From the NCBI RefSeq assembly GCF_009914755.1, contig NC_060930.1: 64,000 nucleotides of DNA; one strand, 5' to 3'. Source of the stretch: the human T2T-CHM13v2.0 reference genome, Homo sapiens. Below the pieces are notes generated by a model that saw only the letters and a program-made list of their open reading frames with translations, did no database searches and was not told the origin of the DNA. The translations under genes were made by a program, and so were the position numbers. Shown here piece after piece: positions 1 through 13,513 of the stretch (position 1 is the stretch's first letter; each line of letters begins with the position of its first letter).

Positions 1-2220
1 TGGTCCACTAGGAACCCCCACAGGCTGTGCTGCTGTAAGCTGAGACAAGACTTCTACAGTCCACTTCGATGAAAGTGTGTCAAGGTGCTAAGGGACTTGG
101 GGTTGGGGCTTTGGCAGAGAACCAGATGGTTTCCATCAGTGGTTTGCACTTTTCTGGGGACTTTGGGAGCTTTCGACCCGCAGAGAAACACAGTTAAGCT
201 GTGCATGATGACAGTCACCCTGGCAGCAGCTTGGAGCGTGGTTATGTGGGAGACTGGACTACCAAGCGGATTATTCCAGCAGTTCAGGAAGAAGTGGGGA
301 GGCATGTTCACCATCAGAAAGTGACAACAGGAATGGAAAAACAAGACAGAATAAAAATCAAACACCACCAGCACTGATGAGCTTTAGAAGCCGAAAGAGA
401 GAGGAGTGAAAGGAGACAGCCAGGTGAATCCTGGTTGACTTAGGTAACGAAGAACGGGAAGGTGAGGGCAGAGATGCTAACGGTGCTTCTGGTCATCTAA
501 GTCTGGGGCCTGGGCTGGGAACTGAGATGAAGAAGTTCAGTAGAACACTGAAAATAGGGCACTGGGGAAGGAGGGCGGGGTAGGGAGGTGCAGGTTAGGA
601 GAGGTCTGGGGAGGGATGGTGGCTGATTGCTGGTGGTGCATAGAATTGCTGAGATGGGACACAGGGGAAGAGAGTTCTGGACTTTCGGAGGAGTCTCAGC
701 AGAATTCCTCTGAAGTATGGCTTTTTTTTCAGTGAGGTTTGTTGAGTGCCTTGCCTTTGTTTCAGGATTACTTACACATTAGAGGGTTAAAAACAAATAA
801 TTACCACCCTTATGTTAGCATTTGGGCCACTGTCATGGGGTCTTCATTAAAGCTAATTCCATTTCAGTGAAAGAGCCATGCAGCACAGTTCCCTGCCTGC
901 TTCTTTTTAATTAAGAAGGGTTTGGCCTTCAACAGTGAGGAAGAGCAAATCGTTATCCTGAGCTATCCAAACATCTAACTGATCACTTTTACCTCTCGGT
1001 GGTGTTGGTCATAAACCTGGTAGAACGACTTCTCCAAACAGGCAGAAAACATCCGGCTGCTTAATCCTAAACCAAAGCCAAACTCATTTTAAAATGAGAC
1101 AGGAAAGCTCTTAGAGGCAAATGTGACAGCCCCACCCTTCTCAAGATCAAACAAGGTAATGTGACTTTCAGTATTTTTTTTTTAACTCTGGGCCTTAATC
1201 ACCCTGAGAACAGGGGCAGCTGATGTTAGTCATGTCTAATTAAGATTGTTCTGTGCCATTTGGTTTCTAATGACGGCCATTGCACTCTTTCCCACATAGT
1301 GGTTGGTCAACCTGCCTCCATCTATCATCAAGCATTCTCATTTAGTGGTAGTAATTGTAACTCCAAAGTCAATAGCAGTATCAAAGCAAGGTTAAGTAAA
1401 CACCATAAAGTTATTAGGGATGAAAATATCTACAAACCTAGCAATATTATTTGTAGATATACAGTGGAATCAGGATGTAACATAACCATTTTTTTAAAGG
1501 ATTGGAATGAAAAGTTGGGGACACTGGGAGGTGGGTGTGATGGAGGTTCCGGATGAGATGATAAAGTGGGGTTGCCAACAGGACCCCAGGCCTTGTGCCA
1601 CAAGTTCACAGGTTCAAAGCCGGCCGAGGGGTGGTGATGGAATATTTTTAGGTTTATGTGATATATCAATGAATGACTCCCAGCACCCTTCTCACTGAGC
1701 TCTCCATAAAGCAAGCCCTGCTGGAGAACAGGAACAAAATGAAATATAATGTTAGATTGCGAGCAAAACCTCGAATCAGTGTTTCTGCTCATGAGTTTAT
1801 GTAAGGAGAGGAAATGAGATTGTGTCACCTAACCAACCCCTGCCATTTCCTCGTGGGTGTTTCTTAACCAAATCAAACTTCAGTCCACACCCTAGAAGGG
1901 CAAAGAAAAGGTATCATTGTTGGGCCACTCCCTGTTCTATTCTTTCCTGAACCCACAGAGAATTTCCTGCTCTTGGGTTATAAGTTTCCATATTCCATGA
2001 GAACGTTTAAAATTACTGAAAATTTAGTATCTATGGAGGGGCCTTGGACTTGTGCTCCCTCCCTCTCTCCATGCCTGCACATCTACATAGGTTGATTCAA
2101 TACCATTTAATGGTATGTGTGCTTGTGTGTGTGTTCACATACATACATACATACATACATGATGTATAGGTGATTATATCTACAGGACCTATGCACACAC
2201 ATATACATACATGTGATAAA

Positions 2221-2422
2221 CTTAGCTCAGGCTGCTGTAACAAAATACCACAGACCGAGGGGCTTAAACAACAGACATTTATTCCTCCCAGTTCTGGAGG
2301 CTGGAAGTAGCAGAACAAAGTCCCAGCAGGTTCGGATTTTGTGAGACCTCTCTTGGGTTTCAGACAGACCACCTTCTCATTATGTCCTTACATGGCAGAG
2401 AGAGAGAGAGAGAGTGTGAGAG

Positions 2423-2463
<41 letters not shown>

Positions 2464-2663
2464 AAGAGAGAGAGAGGAGAGAGGGAGAAAGTGCACACAT
2501 GCACAAGCTCTCTGGTTTCATCTTCTAAGGTCCCATCACAAGGACTCCATCCCCATGACATCATCTAAACCTAATTACCTACAAGGGACCCTTCTCCAAA
2601 TACCATCACATTGGGGTTTAGGGCTCCAACATATTAATTTTGGGAGGAAACAATTCAATCCCT
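2221..2663 (-). mobile_element. MaLR LTR, MLT1A-like, with internal (GA)n(GT)n microsatellite
   Basis: gctgctgtaacaaaataccacagac...ggcttaaacaacagacatttatt...cagttctggaggctggaagt and cctaattacct...aaataccatcacattggggg match the recalled MLT1A reverse consensus. Confidence 0.8.
2397..2490. repeat. Compound (GA)n/(GT)n microsatellite
   Basis: Directly visible dinucleotide runs. Confidence 0.95.
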
Positions 2664-2764
2664 AAGGACTGACTGAGGACATTCTCCTGAATTTTGTAGA
2701 CTAACGTAACGTGGCTGTCTGAACCGAATTAAATTTTCTGTTACATGAGTTCCTTGGGAAATAT

Positions 2765-2781
2765 ATTATATTATTTCATTT

Positions 2782-2825
<44 letters not shown>

Positions 2826-3110
2826 TTTCAGATGGAGTTTCAACTCCGTCGCCCAGGCTGGAGCACAGTGGCACAACCTCGGCTCACGGCAACCTCTGCC
2901 TCCTGGGTTCAAGCGATTCTCCTGCTTCAGCCTCCTGAGTAGCTGGGACTACAGGTGTCTGCCACCAATCCTGGCCAGTTTTTCGTATTTTTAGTAGAGA
3001 TGGGGTTTCACCGTGTTAGCCAAGATGGTCTTGATCTCCTGACCATGTGATCCACCCACCTTGGCCTCCCAAAGTGCTGGGGTTACAGGCGTGAGCCACC
3101 GCGCTCAGCC
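2765..3110 (-). mobile_element. Alu (AluS/Y-type) with (TTTA)n tail
   Basis: Full dimeric Alu; 13-bp TSD ccttgggaaatat at 2752-2764 and 3111-3123. Confidence 0.97.
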
Positions 3111-3464
3111 CCTTGGGAAATATTCTTAGGCACTGAGAACAATTTATGTGTTCAAACAGGTTTACAATGGACCGTCTTTGAGAAAAAAATGATGACCCCA
3201 TTCCCTCCAAGAAGTAAATTTGTCCTTTATCTTCTTTTCTGAATTTCTTGAAAAATCCAAGAAATTCTTATGACTGCTTTCTGTTGTCCCCAGTAAAACA
3301 GGGACCACACTGCACATTGCTCCCCTTGTCCCCACCCTCCATACCCTAGAGGAATAATGCTGTTGAAACACTGGGACTATCTGCTGAGTGAAAAATTTAA
3401 TATTTCTGTGTTTCCTAAGTGCATTACCCTTCAGGAGTATAGAGCAGAGTCACCCACAGCCGGT

Positions 3465-3860
3465 TTACATTTGTGGTAAAATACACCCAACATAAACGTT
3501 ACCATTCCAACGCATGCAGTTCACTGGCGATGAATACATTCACGCTGTTGGACAGCATCACCGCCTTCCATCTCCAGAACCTTCTCTTCCCAGGCTGAGA
3601 CTGTACCCATTAAATGAGAACTCCTCGTTCTCCCCTCACAGCCCCTGGCAACCCCATTCTTCTGTCCCTGTGAGTTTGATACCATGTGAGTGCCTCACAT
3701 GAGTGGAATCACACAGTGTTTCCTCTTTTGTGCCTGGGTTATTACACTTAGAGTAACATATGCAAAGTTCATCCATGTTGTAGCATGGGTCAGAATTTCC
3801 ATCCTTTTTAAGGCTGAATAATATTCCATTTTTTAAAATTGTTTACTCACTCGTCCATCC
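3465..3860 (-). mobile_element. L1MB-type LINE-1 3' end fragment
   Basis: gtggtaaaatacac...catctccagaac...gtacccattaaa...cagcccctggcaacc...ttttaaggctgaataatattccatt typical of L1MB 3' UTR. Confidence 0.8.
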
Positions 3861-4021
3861 ACTGCCTATATTTGTAAATAAAGTTCTTTTTGGAAAACAG
3901 CTCTGTCCAGTCGTTTACACATTGTCTGTGGCTTGGCAGTTGCGACAGAACACTATGGACCACAAAGCCAAAAATATTTACTCTCTGGATATTTACAGAA
4001 AAAAAGAATTGCAGCTCCCTG
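3861..4021 (+). mobile_element. MER58 (hAT-Charlie MITE) fragment
   Basis: tttgtaaataaagtt...cacaaagccaaaaatatttactctctgg...tttacagaaaaa; similar to the copy at 5708-5939. Confidence 0.7.
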
Positions 4022-4079
4022 TTACAGAGAATACTCTAGAACAAGGAATTGTTTCTGATGAGAAAGAGGCAAACACGTT

Positions 4080-4630
4080 TCAAGGCCCAACGGTCAAAAT
4101 CCACCACCCCCGCGCCACAGCTGGAGGCGGACTAGTGCGGGTCCTGTGCACCTGCCTGGCGTCTGGCTCTGCGCGCCCCACCACGGACCAGTGACGTCAA
4201 GTGGGAGGCGGCTTGCTTGCAGGGGCAGGAGGATTTCTCCGCGCATTCCTCACAGCCCATTTTGTCCCAACTTTGTTTTAGCCACCAGAGCGCGTCTGTG
4301 CGGCCAGCACCACCAGCAGAGGGGACCCAAGTGTAGGGGCGCCTTCTCCCCAGCGCGTTTGCGCACAGCCATCCCGCGCTGGGTGCTGGTGGCAGGTCCC
4401 AGCACCAGGACCTAGCCAAGGGCAGCCTTGGTGCGTGGCGGAGGAAAACCATCTGTCCTGCCCTGTGCATGGCGCTGCCTACAGTGACAAGGACTCTGCT
4501 GCGAACGGGCGGGCCCTCCACGCTCAGGCCTGGCTCTCAGGGCAGCCTCCTGAGAAACGGACTCCGCAGCCGCAGCCTTTGAGACCTTTACTAGCCACAC
4601 ACCAGTCCTGACAAGCGTTCCCAAACCCGG
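4080..4630. promoter_or_regulatory. CpG-rich patch (borderline CpG island) with perfect CRE TGACGTCA at 4192-4199
   Basis: About 34 CpG in about 550 bp by hand count, GC-rich, no repeat recognised; CpG-poor flanks. Confidence 0.6.
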
Positions 4631-5707
4631 GCAGGACCTTCTTAGGCTGCCCCAAGAATCCCCTAGATGAAATTCCAATGTGGAATGTGCTCAGGGAGGT
4701 ATGCTGGATAAGCGTATTTTAAGTTACAATTCACAGAGCTCTGGCAACATCGAGGCCGTAGGGCATTTCCAAAATTAGAAAGAACTTGAGCTAGAATTTG
4801 AAGGTTAGGTGAACATCCTTACATGGACACACGTGAGGAAGGAAGAGTCTTCCTTTAAGGGCAATATGAGATGCTGGGCATGCTTGTTGGAATCAAGCTA
4901 ATGAATGGCTTTGCTATTATCATTGATACTTCCATAAATAATTGTTTCTTTACTTAAAGTAATTAATAAAAAGTTGTATAACTTCATTTTCTCATTTAAT
5001 TATAATTAATAACAACTAATTTATAAAATAGCATCAATTTCCCATCCCCAGCAAGAGGCATGTTTAATGCACAATGATGCTCCCAAACTGTCTTTGCTCA
5101 GTCATCGAACCTCCGAGGACTTGAAAGAGAGGACCTTTTATTGACAGTTTGCACTTGTTTTTAAAGAGTGTGTTCTCATAGTAGGTTTGCTGTGTATGAA
5201 ATCCATACAAAGCAGAAGACAGCAAAAGCATCAGGCTCCCAGTTTCCCTCAACCAGCAGGCATCATGCTTCAGTGGGACGTGTGAGGGACCGTTCAGTCA
5301 CCCAAGGTACGCGGCAGGTGACCAGGGCTGGGTATTGCAGAGTCTTCCCGGAAAGGTGAGATTCTACTGTTGTAACTACAAGAGTGCCCTGCTGACAAAA
5401 GGACATAGTTAATTCCAATCAGAAGAGCCCTACCTCTGCTATCCAACTTGGGAAGCAGAAAACTTCTCACATCCAGCCAGCCACCTTCCAGAATTAGACC
5501 CACGCACATGAGTGGTACGTGCATTCTAAGCTATTTTCCTTGGAGGACTGAGGTGTTGTGTGAGGTATCAATGCTCTCTGAGCCCCAGTGGCCATACTCA
5601 ATTACATGATCAGAAAGAGAAGCTAGGACTTTATTATATAGCTTTGTATTTGTGATTATGGCAAGCTCCTAGAAGCTCTGGGGTTTCATCAGGTTAATGA
5701 GCTATAC

Positions 5708-5939
5708 TAAGGGTCACAAACTATGGCTCTCAGACCAAATTCATCCTGCTGCCTGTTTTGTGAATGAAGTTTTATAGGAACCCAGCCAAGCTCACTTGTT
5801 TACATTTTGTCAGTGGCTGCTTTGATGGCTGCTGTCTCTACAATGGTAGACTTGAGTAGTCGAGACAGATACCTTCTGACCCACAAGGCCCAAAATATTT
5901 AATATCTGGCCCTTTACAGAAAAAGTTTGTTGTACCCTG
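5708..5939 (+). mobile_element. MER58A (hAT-Charlie MITE)
   Basis: aaactatggc...ctgcctgttttgtgaatgaagttttat...aaaatatttaatatctggccctttacagaaaaagtttg...ccctg. Confidence 0.85.
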
Positions 5940-6205
5940 AGTGAGGCTCATGCTGAAGGGTATCTTAAGTTCATTAACTCCAGTCTATGTGCAGGAGGTC
6001 AGAGATCCCTTGCGTAGGCCTGTCCTGTTCCTACACAATAGTCACTCCTACCAGAGCGTGCTCAGGAAAGAAAACTATTTGAAATGAACATAAAAGGAAA
6101 TGTATTCTATACTGCGTTTTCTAATCCTTTGCTGCTTTACTTCTGCAAATGCGATTAGCAGTATCCTTTCCATTAGGCATAACATGCTCTAAAGTGACTG
6201 TCAGG

Positions 6206-6519
<314 letters not shown>

Positions 6520-7064
6520 TAAAGACCCAGAGACTCTTCCAATTCAAGAAAGCCTTTCTTCTTTTTCTCTCTGGGCCCTTGGCCTTTGCTGATGCTTGCT
6601 GCTTGACTTTTCCCCCCTCACCACTCAATACCCTCACCTTTGTGGCTCCCCGCCCCACTGGCTTGTGTCAGCACTGACAACACAGACAGTAGCAGCCGCT
6701 AAGGAGGAAGAACATCCACAGAAACAGGGGCCTGAATTTACCGGCACTTCACTTACAGAGCAATTGACTCTGCATTAGGAGATGTGAATGCAGTTTCCAC
6801 CTCTGTCACTAGCTTGCCATGTGACCCTGGGTCAGTTCCATTAGAAAGAATGAAATGTGAATAATGATTTTCAAACCAGTTGTTCTAGATTCTAAAGCAT
6901 GGGGAGAACGCAGCACCTCCTGCATTTAGATCATTCATGAACAAATCCCTGAATTGTGATTCTATTTCTATGAGTAGTTATGAGTAAAGTTACACCTGCA
7001 TTTCATAATTAAAATATTCACAAAATTTAGTGAACTGCCATTGAGTATCCACTGGGTTAGAGTA

Positions 7065-7335
7065 TATTGCCTTAAGCTGTGATAAATAAATCTCAACATT
7101 TCAGTAGCTTCTCATGCTGCTGGTGGCGGGTGGGGGCGATGTGTTGCTCCTCGTGTGACCCCTTCCACATGGTGACATCACAACCACATGTGAAAGAAGA
7201 AGGGAGAAATGGGGATGGCACCCAGGAGATCTTACGGCTGGTTGGGAACTGACATACATCACGTCCTTCTGCTCACACTCTGCTTTCGTCTCACGTGGCC
7301 CCACACAAAGTGCAGGAGGCCTGGGCAGGAGAATT
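7065..7335 (-). mobile_element. Old MaLR LTR fragment (MLT1J/K/L-like)
   Basis: catcac...ttctgctcacact...cacgtggccccac...tgcaggaggcctggg motif order typical of old MLT1. Confidence 0.45.
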
Positions 7336-7779
7336 TACCTGTGAGTACCTGAGAAGAGGCGAAGGCCAGGCGGGATCAGCCACACTCACTGTGTGCCCAA
7401 CACATGCCGAATGTCAGGCAGGTTGCAGAGATGAACGACGTGGGCTTTCTGTGAAGATACATCTAAAATCAGGAGCCTTCATCTGAGAACAGGAATTAGG
7501 TTCTGTCTCTTGTCATCCTTGGTTTCTCACCCTCAAGAAACCTTTCCGTAAAGAATTTTGAAGTTTACTGTTGGGAAGGAGGCCACGTTGCCATGAAGTG
7601 ATAAGTATTCTCTTGTTTTTCTTTAGATCTTGATGGATATTGTATCTTAAACCATTGCGCAAGTTATTAAGCTCCTATCTTTCAACTTCAAAGCCACTCC
7701 ACGAAGGGGAAGCTGCAATTCTGGAGGACAGCGAAGGGATTTTCTGCTTTCTTTGGCCAGTTGCTCCCTTCAGCACCAC

Positions 7780-8152
7780 TCCCAAAGCCCTGGCAGTGGT
7801 GGCCAGCTGTGTTCGAGAGCTTTTCTGCCAGGTTGCCAGACCAGTCATCATGGCCCCCCTAATGTGCCAGTGCGGCCACCCAAACCATGCCCCTCCTCGA
7901 GGGCCGAGTCCCAGCTCTGCAGGGCCCCCTCCTATGAGCTCGGTGGTACTGATCATCACCCCAGTGTCTTTTCTCTGTGTCCACAGCCCAGGGTAGTAGT
8001 TTCTCCTTGCAGTTATGACATCTGGGTTACCAAGGGCTTCCATGTTGGCCTCTTAAGCTCCAACACCTACATAACAAAGTGTCTGTATTAAATTCCCTCT
8101 GTCGAATGGACTTGTGTGACTTCAGTGTTCCTGACTGGACCGTGACTAATAC
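7780..8152 (+). mobile_element. ERVL LTR, LTR33-like 3' part
   Basis: Ends attaaattccctctgt...ttcctgactggaccgtgactaataca, the recalled LTR33 terminus. Confidence 0.65.
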
Positions 8153-8270
8153 AGTCATTTGACAACTGAAAGTAAATGTTGAATCTTGCATTTTATTAGT
8201 TTTTTTCAGGAGTATTCAAGTATCGTATCATCCAGCTTGCTAACCACCCTGCAAAATGCTGGTCAGTTTT

Positions 8271-8468
8271 GAAAACTGTTTCTAAGCAAAAATATTTTAT
8301 TTTCATTTTAACATATGAAATTGATTCATTAGAATAAAAAATTCCACAATTGTCAAAGAAGAATTAGTTGAAAACTGTTTCTAAGCAAAAATATTTTATT
8401 TTCATTTTAACATATGAAATCGATTCATTAGAATAAAAAATTCCACAACTGTCAAAGAAGAATTAGTT
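8271..8468. repeat. 99-bp tandem duplication (2 copies)
   Basis: 8271-8369 and 8370-8468 identical except 2 substitutions. Confidence 0.95.
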
Positions 8469-8899
8469 GAACTGTTTACACTCATAAAATGAAGGTTAAT
8501 TGTTTGTTGAAGTGAATATATTCTGCACAGTTTAGAAAAGTTGAATATAAATTTGCCTATTCCCCATCCTTTTGGTTTGAAAACTGAAATCAGTTTTAAT
8601 GCAAGCAATCTTAAATTAATAGCCTTTACAAACTAATGTGATCTTAATGTAAGCACATAATCTTTATCCTAAAACTTAAACAGATAATGACTAATGACTT
8701 CCGTATGTTTATTTTGTGCCATGCAGATGCTGCTGATATTGGCTATGGAGACGCCCGTCCTCTGTCTTCTATGCGTGCAGATGCAGTTTGTCCAACTTAT
8801 GTGCGCTTTTGCTCAGTTCCTGTTTGCAGCTGCTGAGCCTTCGTCTGCACATCCTCCTCTTCCTGGGATAGGTGCCCATCTGTATTCCCGTGGTTATGT

Positions 8900-9085
8900 C
8901 CTGCACACACTTTGGGGGCACTTACTGGGCTGCCCTGGGATAATCTGTTGAGGTATGTCTGTCCCATTAGACCATGAATACCTTTGGGTCAGGATGGTAT
9001 TCAATCAACCTTGAGAATTGTGTGTCTGGCACTTTGCCTGGCCTTCAGATGCTCCATGGAGGTTTCTTGAATGAAGCAGTGGATA
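8900..9085 (+). mobile_element. L2 LINE 3' end fragment
   Basis: tgtctgtcccattagaccatgaatacctttgggtcagg...ctggcac...tgcctggc...gatgctc...ttgaatgaa. Confidence 0.55.
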
Positions 9086-11068
9086 ATGGGGATTTAGCCA
9101 GGTACCCCACTCACATGAGAAGAGTAAGGCCCCTAGCTTAGTGCAGATGAGCTGAGGAGTACCATGGGCAGGTCCCACAAATGATCAGGAGGGTTCTGAG
9201 ACACAGTGGCACAAAGTACGTGTGCCACGATCCCCACGTGCCACCAGAGCCCTGTGAGCCCCCAGAGCTCCATGCGCCACCAGAGCCCCGCTACAGGCTG
9301 CAGAGGGGTTACAGGACAGCGCCTAGCGTGGGAGCGCAGACTCACTGGGCCTTCTGTGCCCTCATGTTGGGACTTGAACATGAACAAACGCTGATGGGCA
9401 GAGTGTGCACAGCAGGAATGTACTGGTGCCAGACCTCTCCAGAGGGTTTGCTTTATCCGCCTCCAGCCACAGTGGGACCCCCACCCGCCACCCATCTGCG
9501 GGACCCTGAGAACGCTCTGGGAGGCAGCTGGATTCTGATGGACAGAAACTAGGGAAAGTGAAGTTTTTTTGTCTTTGGCATAAATGGCCTATTATGGAAA
9601 GCCCAGACGTGCCCGGGCTCTGTCTTTGCGCCGGACATGTGCCCTTGCCGGAGTCCCTCAAGCAACTCCTTTTATTGCCCAGAGTTTCATATGAGTAATA
9701 GAAGCTGTTTTTGCAGACAGCTGCTTTGAGGGTTACACATACTGTTTTAAAGTTGGTTAGGATTTAGAGTGGTATGACTGATATTTTTACTAATGTTAGA
9801 ATTTAATTGAAAATACTTAGTTTATTGGCACTAGTTAATCCAAGTTATTTTTTCCTAGTTAAGGAACATGCCAAAAGGTGTAATTTGATCATTTTTATAT
9901 GAACCAAAATAGATTTTGGCTTCAGGATGGGAGGAGGGACAAAGATTTTATTCCCTTTCAAAATTGGCCTGACACTTTAACTAGCAAAGTTAACAGAAAT
10001 GAGAAGAAAGAAATTTCATAGGAAAAAAACAAGCTATGAAAGTCCTGAGATATTTTCGTAGAGACCAACGGGCCTGGGGCAGCTGTCTAAAGCCATCTGC
10101 TGCTCCCTGCACGCGGCCCTGGAGCACATCTCTGTGTCCCAGCGCATCTGCCCAGCACCATGGAGCTGTTGAAGCCTGCTGGTACCTGTGCCATCCTGAA
10201 GAAGGACGGGCAGAGCCCTTTCTTCCTCTGTCCCCACAGTGAGTCTCTGGAGGCTAGTGGGGTCTGTTGCGGGGCCTGTGCCCCCAGCACACTCCAAACA
10301 AGCGAGTGCTTGATACCAGGGCTGCCAGTTTGCCTGCCCAGCCCTGGCCTCCTCCTGGGGCCATATCTACCTCTTAGCCGCAGGCGTGGGCTGGGCTGCC
10401 TCTCTAACCAGTGAGTGTCCATTCATCCAGTATTTACTGCCCCCACGTTAGGCCGGGCCCCGACTCAGGTAGGAAGCAGCCTCTGGGGAGGAAAAGGACA
10501 CGCTCCTACTCTGAAACATTATACTGTTTAGCTGGACATCTAATACATGCGTACAGGGACATTTATATCACCCTGGGAGTTAAATAGCAATCCAGGACAA
10601 CCATGCAAAAGATGCCCTAGACATTGTACGACTCGCTGGCAGGCAAGTGGCCGAGATGCAAATGATACCGCTGGAATGAGGAAGGTGCAAGCAACTTGTG
10701 TGAGGCTGCTACACGGCTCCTTCCCATGTGGTTGTGTTACTTAATTCTCCCACGTGTGGTGGGCCAGTGGAAGTGCCTCCACACCAAACTCATTTCTTGA
10801 TGCTAACTTGATACTGTTTCAGAAAGCTACTTTGGGCTAGGTGACATCAGTCTATAATCACCATCCCCACAGTCTCCATCAGTATCATCATCAGCGTAAT
10901 CATCACCACTACCACCACCTCCACTAAAAATTCACCTGCGGTGTGCCCCCTACAGGCCTGTGCATGCTGCAAACAGATTCAGCTGTTGCATCCAACAAGG
11001 CCAAGGCCCCGGTGCCTTTCCAATTCTTGTCTTCCTGTGCTAGCGTGGGTTCCAGGGACATCGTTTGA

Positions 11069-11420
<352 letters not shown>

Positions 11421-11494
11421 TGGGCTCAAATTCTGACTCTTTCCCCAATCCATGTCACGGGGTCCCTGCATTTTAGCAGTGATAAAACACAAAG

Positions 11495-11760
11495 ATGATA
11501 CAAAATTGCAAGGTATAGGAGGAAAAAGTTCTAGTGTTCTGTGGCACCATAGGATGACTGCAGTTAACAATAATATACAGTTTCAATAGCTAGAAGGAGG
11601 ATATGGAATGTTCCCAACTCAAAGAAGTGATAAGTGTTTGATCTGATGGATATGCTGGTTACCCTAATCTGACCACCATATCTTATATGTATGGAAACAT
11701 TACTATGTACCCTATGAATATGTAGAGTTACTATTTGTCAGTTTAAAAAATAAAACATAT
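11495..11760 (+). mobile_element. L1MA-type LINE-1 3' end
   Basis: gatacaaaatt...taggagga...ttctagtgttct...gatggatatgct...accctaatctga...tatgtaccctatgaatatgta, A-rich end. Confidence 0.85.
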
Positions 11761-13513
11761 AAAGATCATATTTTCTCTTTCCCCTTATAAGGATATGGCA
11801 GATATGAATTACTAACAAAACAGCATTTGTGAAGGGTTGGCATTTCTTCTGCTTAGGAGGGGAAAGCTTTTGATAAACAAACTGCAACCTTGTCCTTGTG
11901 GGTCCTGAGACCTTACGGGCTTTTTTTTTTTTTTTTTTTACAAGAGACACAGCATGAAAGCATTTTAACTAAATGCTTTAATCAAGATACCTTATACTCT
12001 AATGAAAATCACTCAAAAGCACTCAATGTCCCCCAACCAAAAACGTGTTACACTTCCAATAAACATGCCTGCCTCAACGGAAGTGGGGGTGAAGTTGGCA
12101 CCGAGTGGGTGGTCTACACAGCCTGGTGCCCTCACAGTGTGTTCTGAGGACTCGAGTTGGCTCTTTATCTTAGCTAGTTTCATGCAGGAAGTTCTGGGGA
12201 TAAAGTTAACTGCTGTCTTGCTGCACAGGACTCAGGGTCATCTTCCGCTGAGTGCATTTCAGAGCCCGCAGCTTGGTGCGAAGGTGGCTTGCAGGTAGCT
12301 GGGTGCCCGTGGGCCTGAAGCTGATGACACTTTCTGGAGGGACATGAGGATGTTGACTGTTCTCATTTCCCCTTGGTATAGGCACTTTAGGGCTTTTACA
12401 TTTGTCTAGCAGCAAATATTTCCGGAAGGCCATGTTTTTGAATTTTCTGCAAAGATGTTTAGGGGTGTTAATGATGAATCGTCTGAAGAAAGTGCTTGGA
12501 AGCCCGGAATGACTGAAATCTGGTATTATTTTACCCTAATGTAGGTCCTGGCAAGGGACGTGCTGATGTGGTCTGGCCTCAGTCTACCTTACTTCCTCTC
12601 TAAACAGATGATTTGCAGCATCCCTCATCTCCCTCCCTCTGCATCCTGAGTTCCAGCTGTCCCAGGGTTCACGGCTCAGGAATGTACACCCCTTCTCCTG
12701 CCTCTGGGGTCACCCTCTGCCCCCCCACCTTTTGCTGTGTGCAAGAACTGCCCTCCCCGCAACCCCCCGCCCTGCTCCTCTATCCCTGGGCTTGGTCGCA
12801 GCTTCCACGATGGCTTACCTGTCTCCAGCTGCCTTACCTGCACTTCCATCACCTGGACAGCCAATTCCCTCCTCCACTGCATGTGAGCTTCAGGCAGCTG
12901 AGGGCTTTCATCTGCACTCCTAGCTGCACCATCTCCTGCACTTAGGAATCCCGTACACCCTAGGGCTGTACAGACTGCCTCTTGCTTGGCAGTGCTCAGG
13001 GGACCTTACCTAGGCTGTTAGATGGCACCATGCCATACCTCTGGGGCCAGGTGTGGTTTCTGGAAAGGCACTGAGAATACTGACCACTAGGCCCTGTAAG
13101 GAGGTGTTGTGGGTATAGATACGGGGAGGCTAAAAGCAGCTGTGAGTGTGGGTTTGTTCTGTGCCTCCATCATTAGACTTCCTCCCACTCACTCCCCGCA
13201 AACTGGATGAATGAGGAATCCTGCTCTCTTTTTTTTCTCCTCGCCCCAGAGGAAGAAAACTGCAAGGAGGAAAACATGGGAGATTAGGCTGAGCAACACA
13301 CGTAAGGGTGAGGGCTTCACATTCTCTACATTCTCTTTCCATGCCTGAGATAGACAAGGGCGCAAAGGCCTGGGCCACAGGCTGCTGTTCAGAGCAGGGC
13401 AGGTGGCAGTGCAGGTAGTTAGTGAACTTCTGGATAAAGAAGTGGACTTCCCCAGGAGGAGAATCTGTACGGTAGTTTTTTCTATTGAAGATACAATTTC
13501 TCCTTTCTTTCTC

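Noticed and set aside
9235-9292. Repeated gccaccagagccc as tandem CTCF sites
   Set aside because: Matches only the first half of the CTCF core and lacks the GGGC/GGCG end
11921-11985. T19 run followed by a 9-bp hairpin (aaagcattt-taact-aaatgcttt) as a retrocopy tail or terminator
   Set aside because: No properly spaced poly(A) signal, TSD or coding-like body; short AT-rich stems arise by chance
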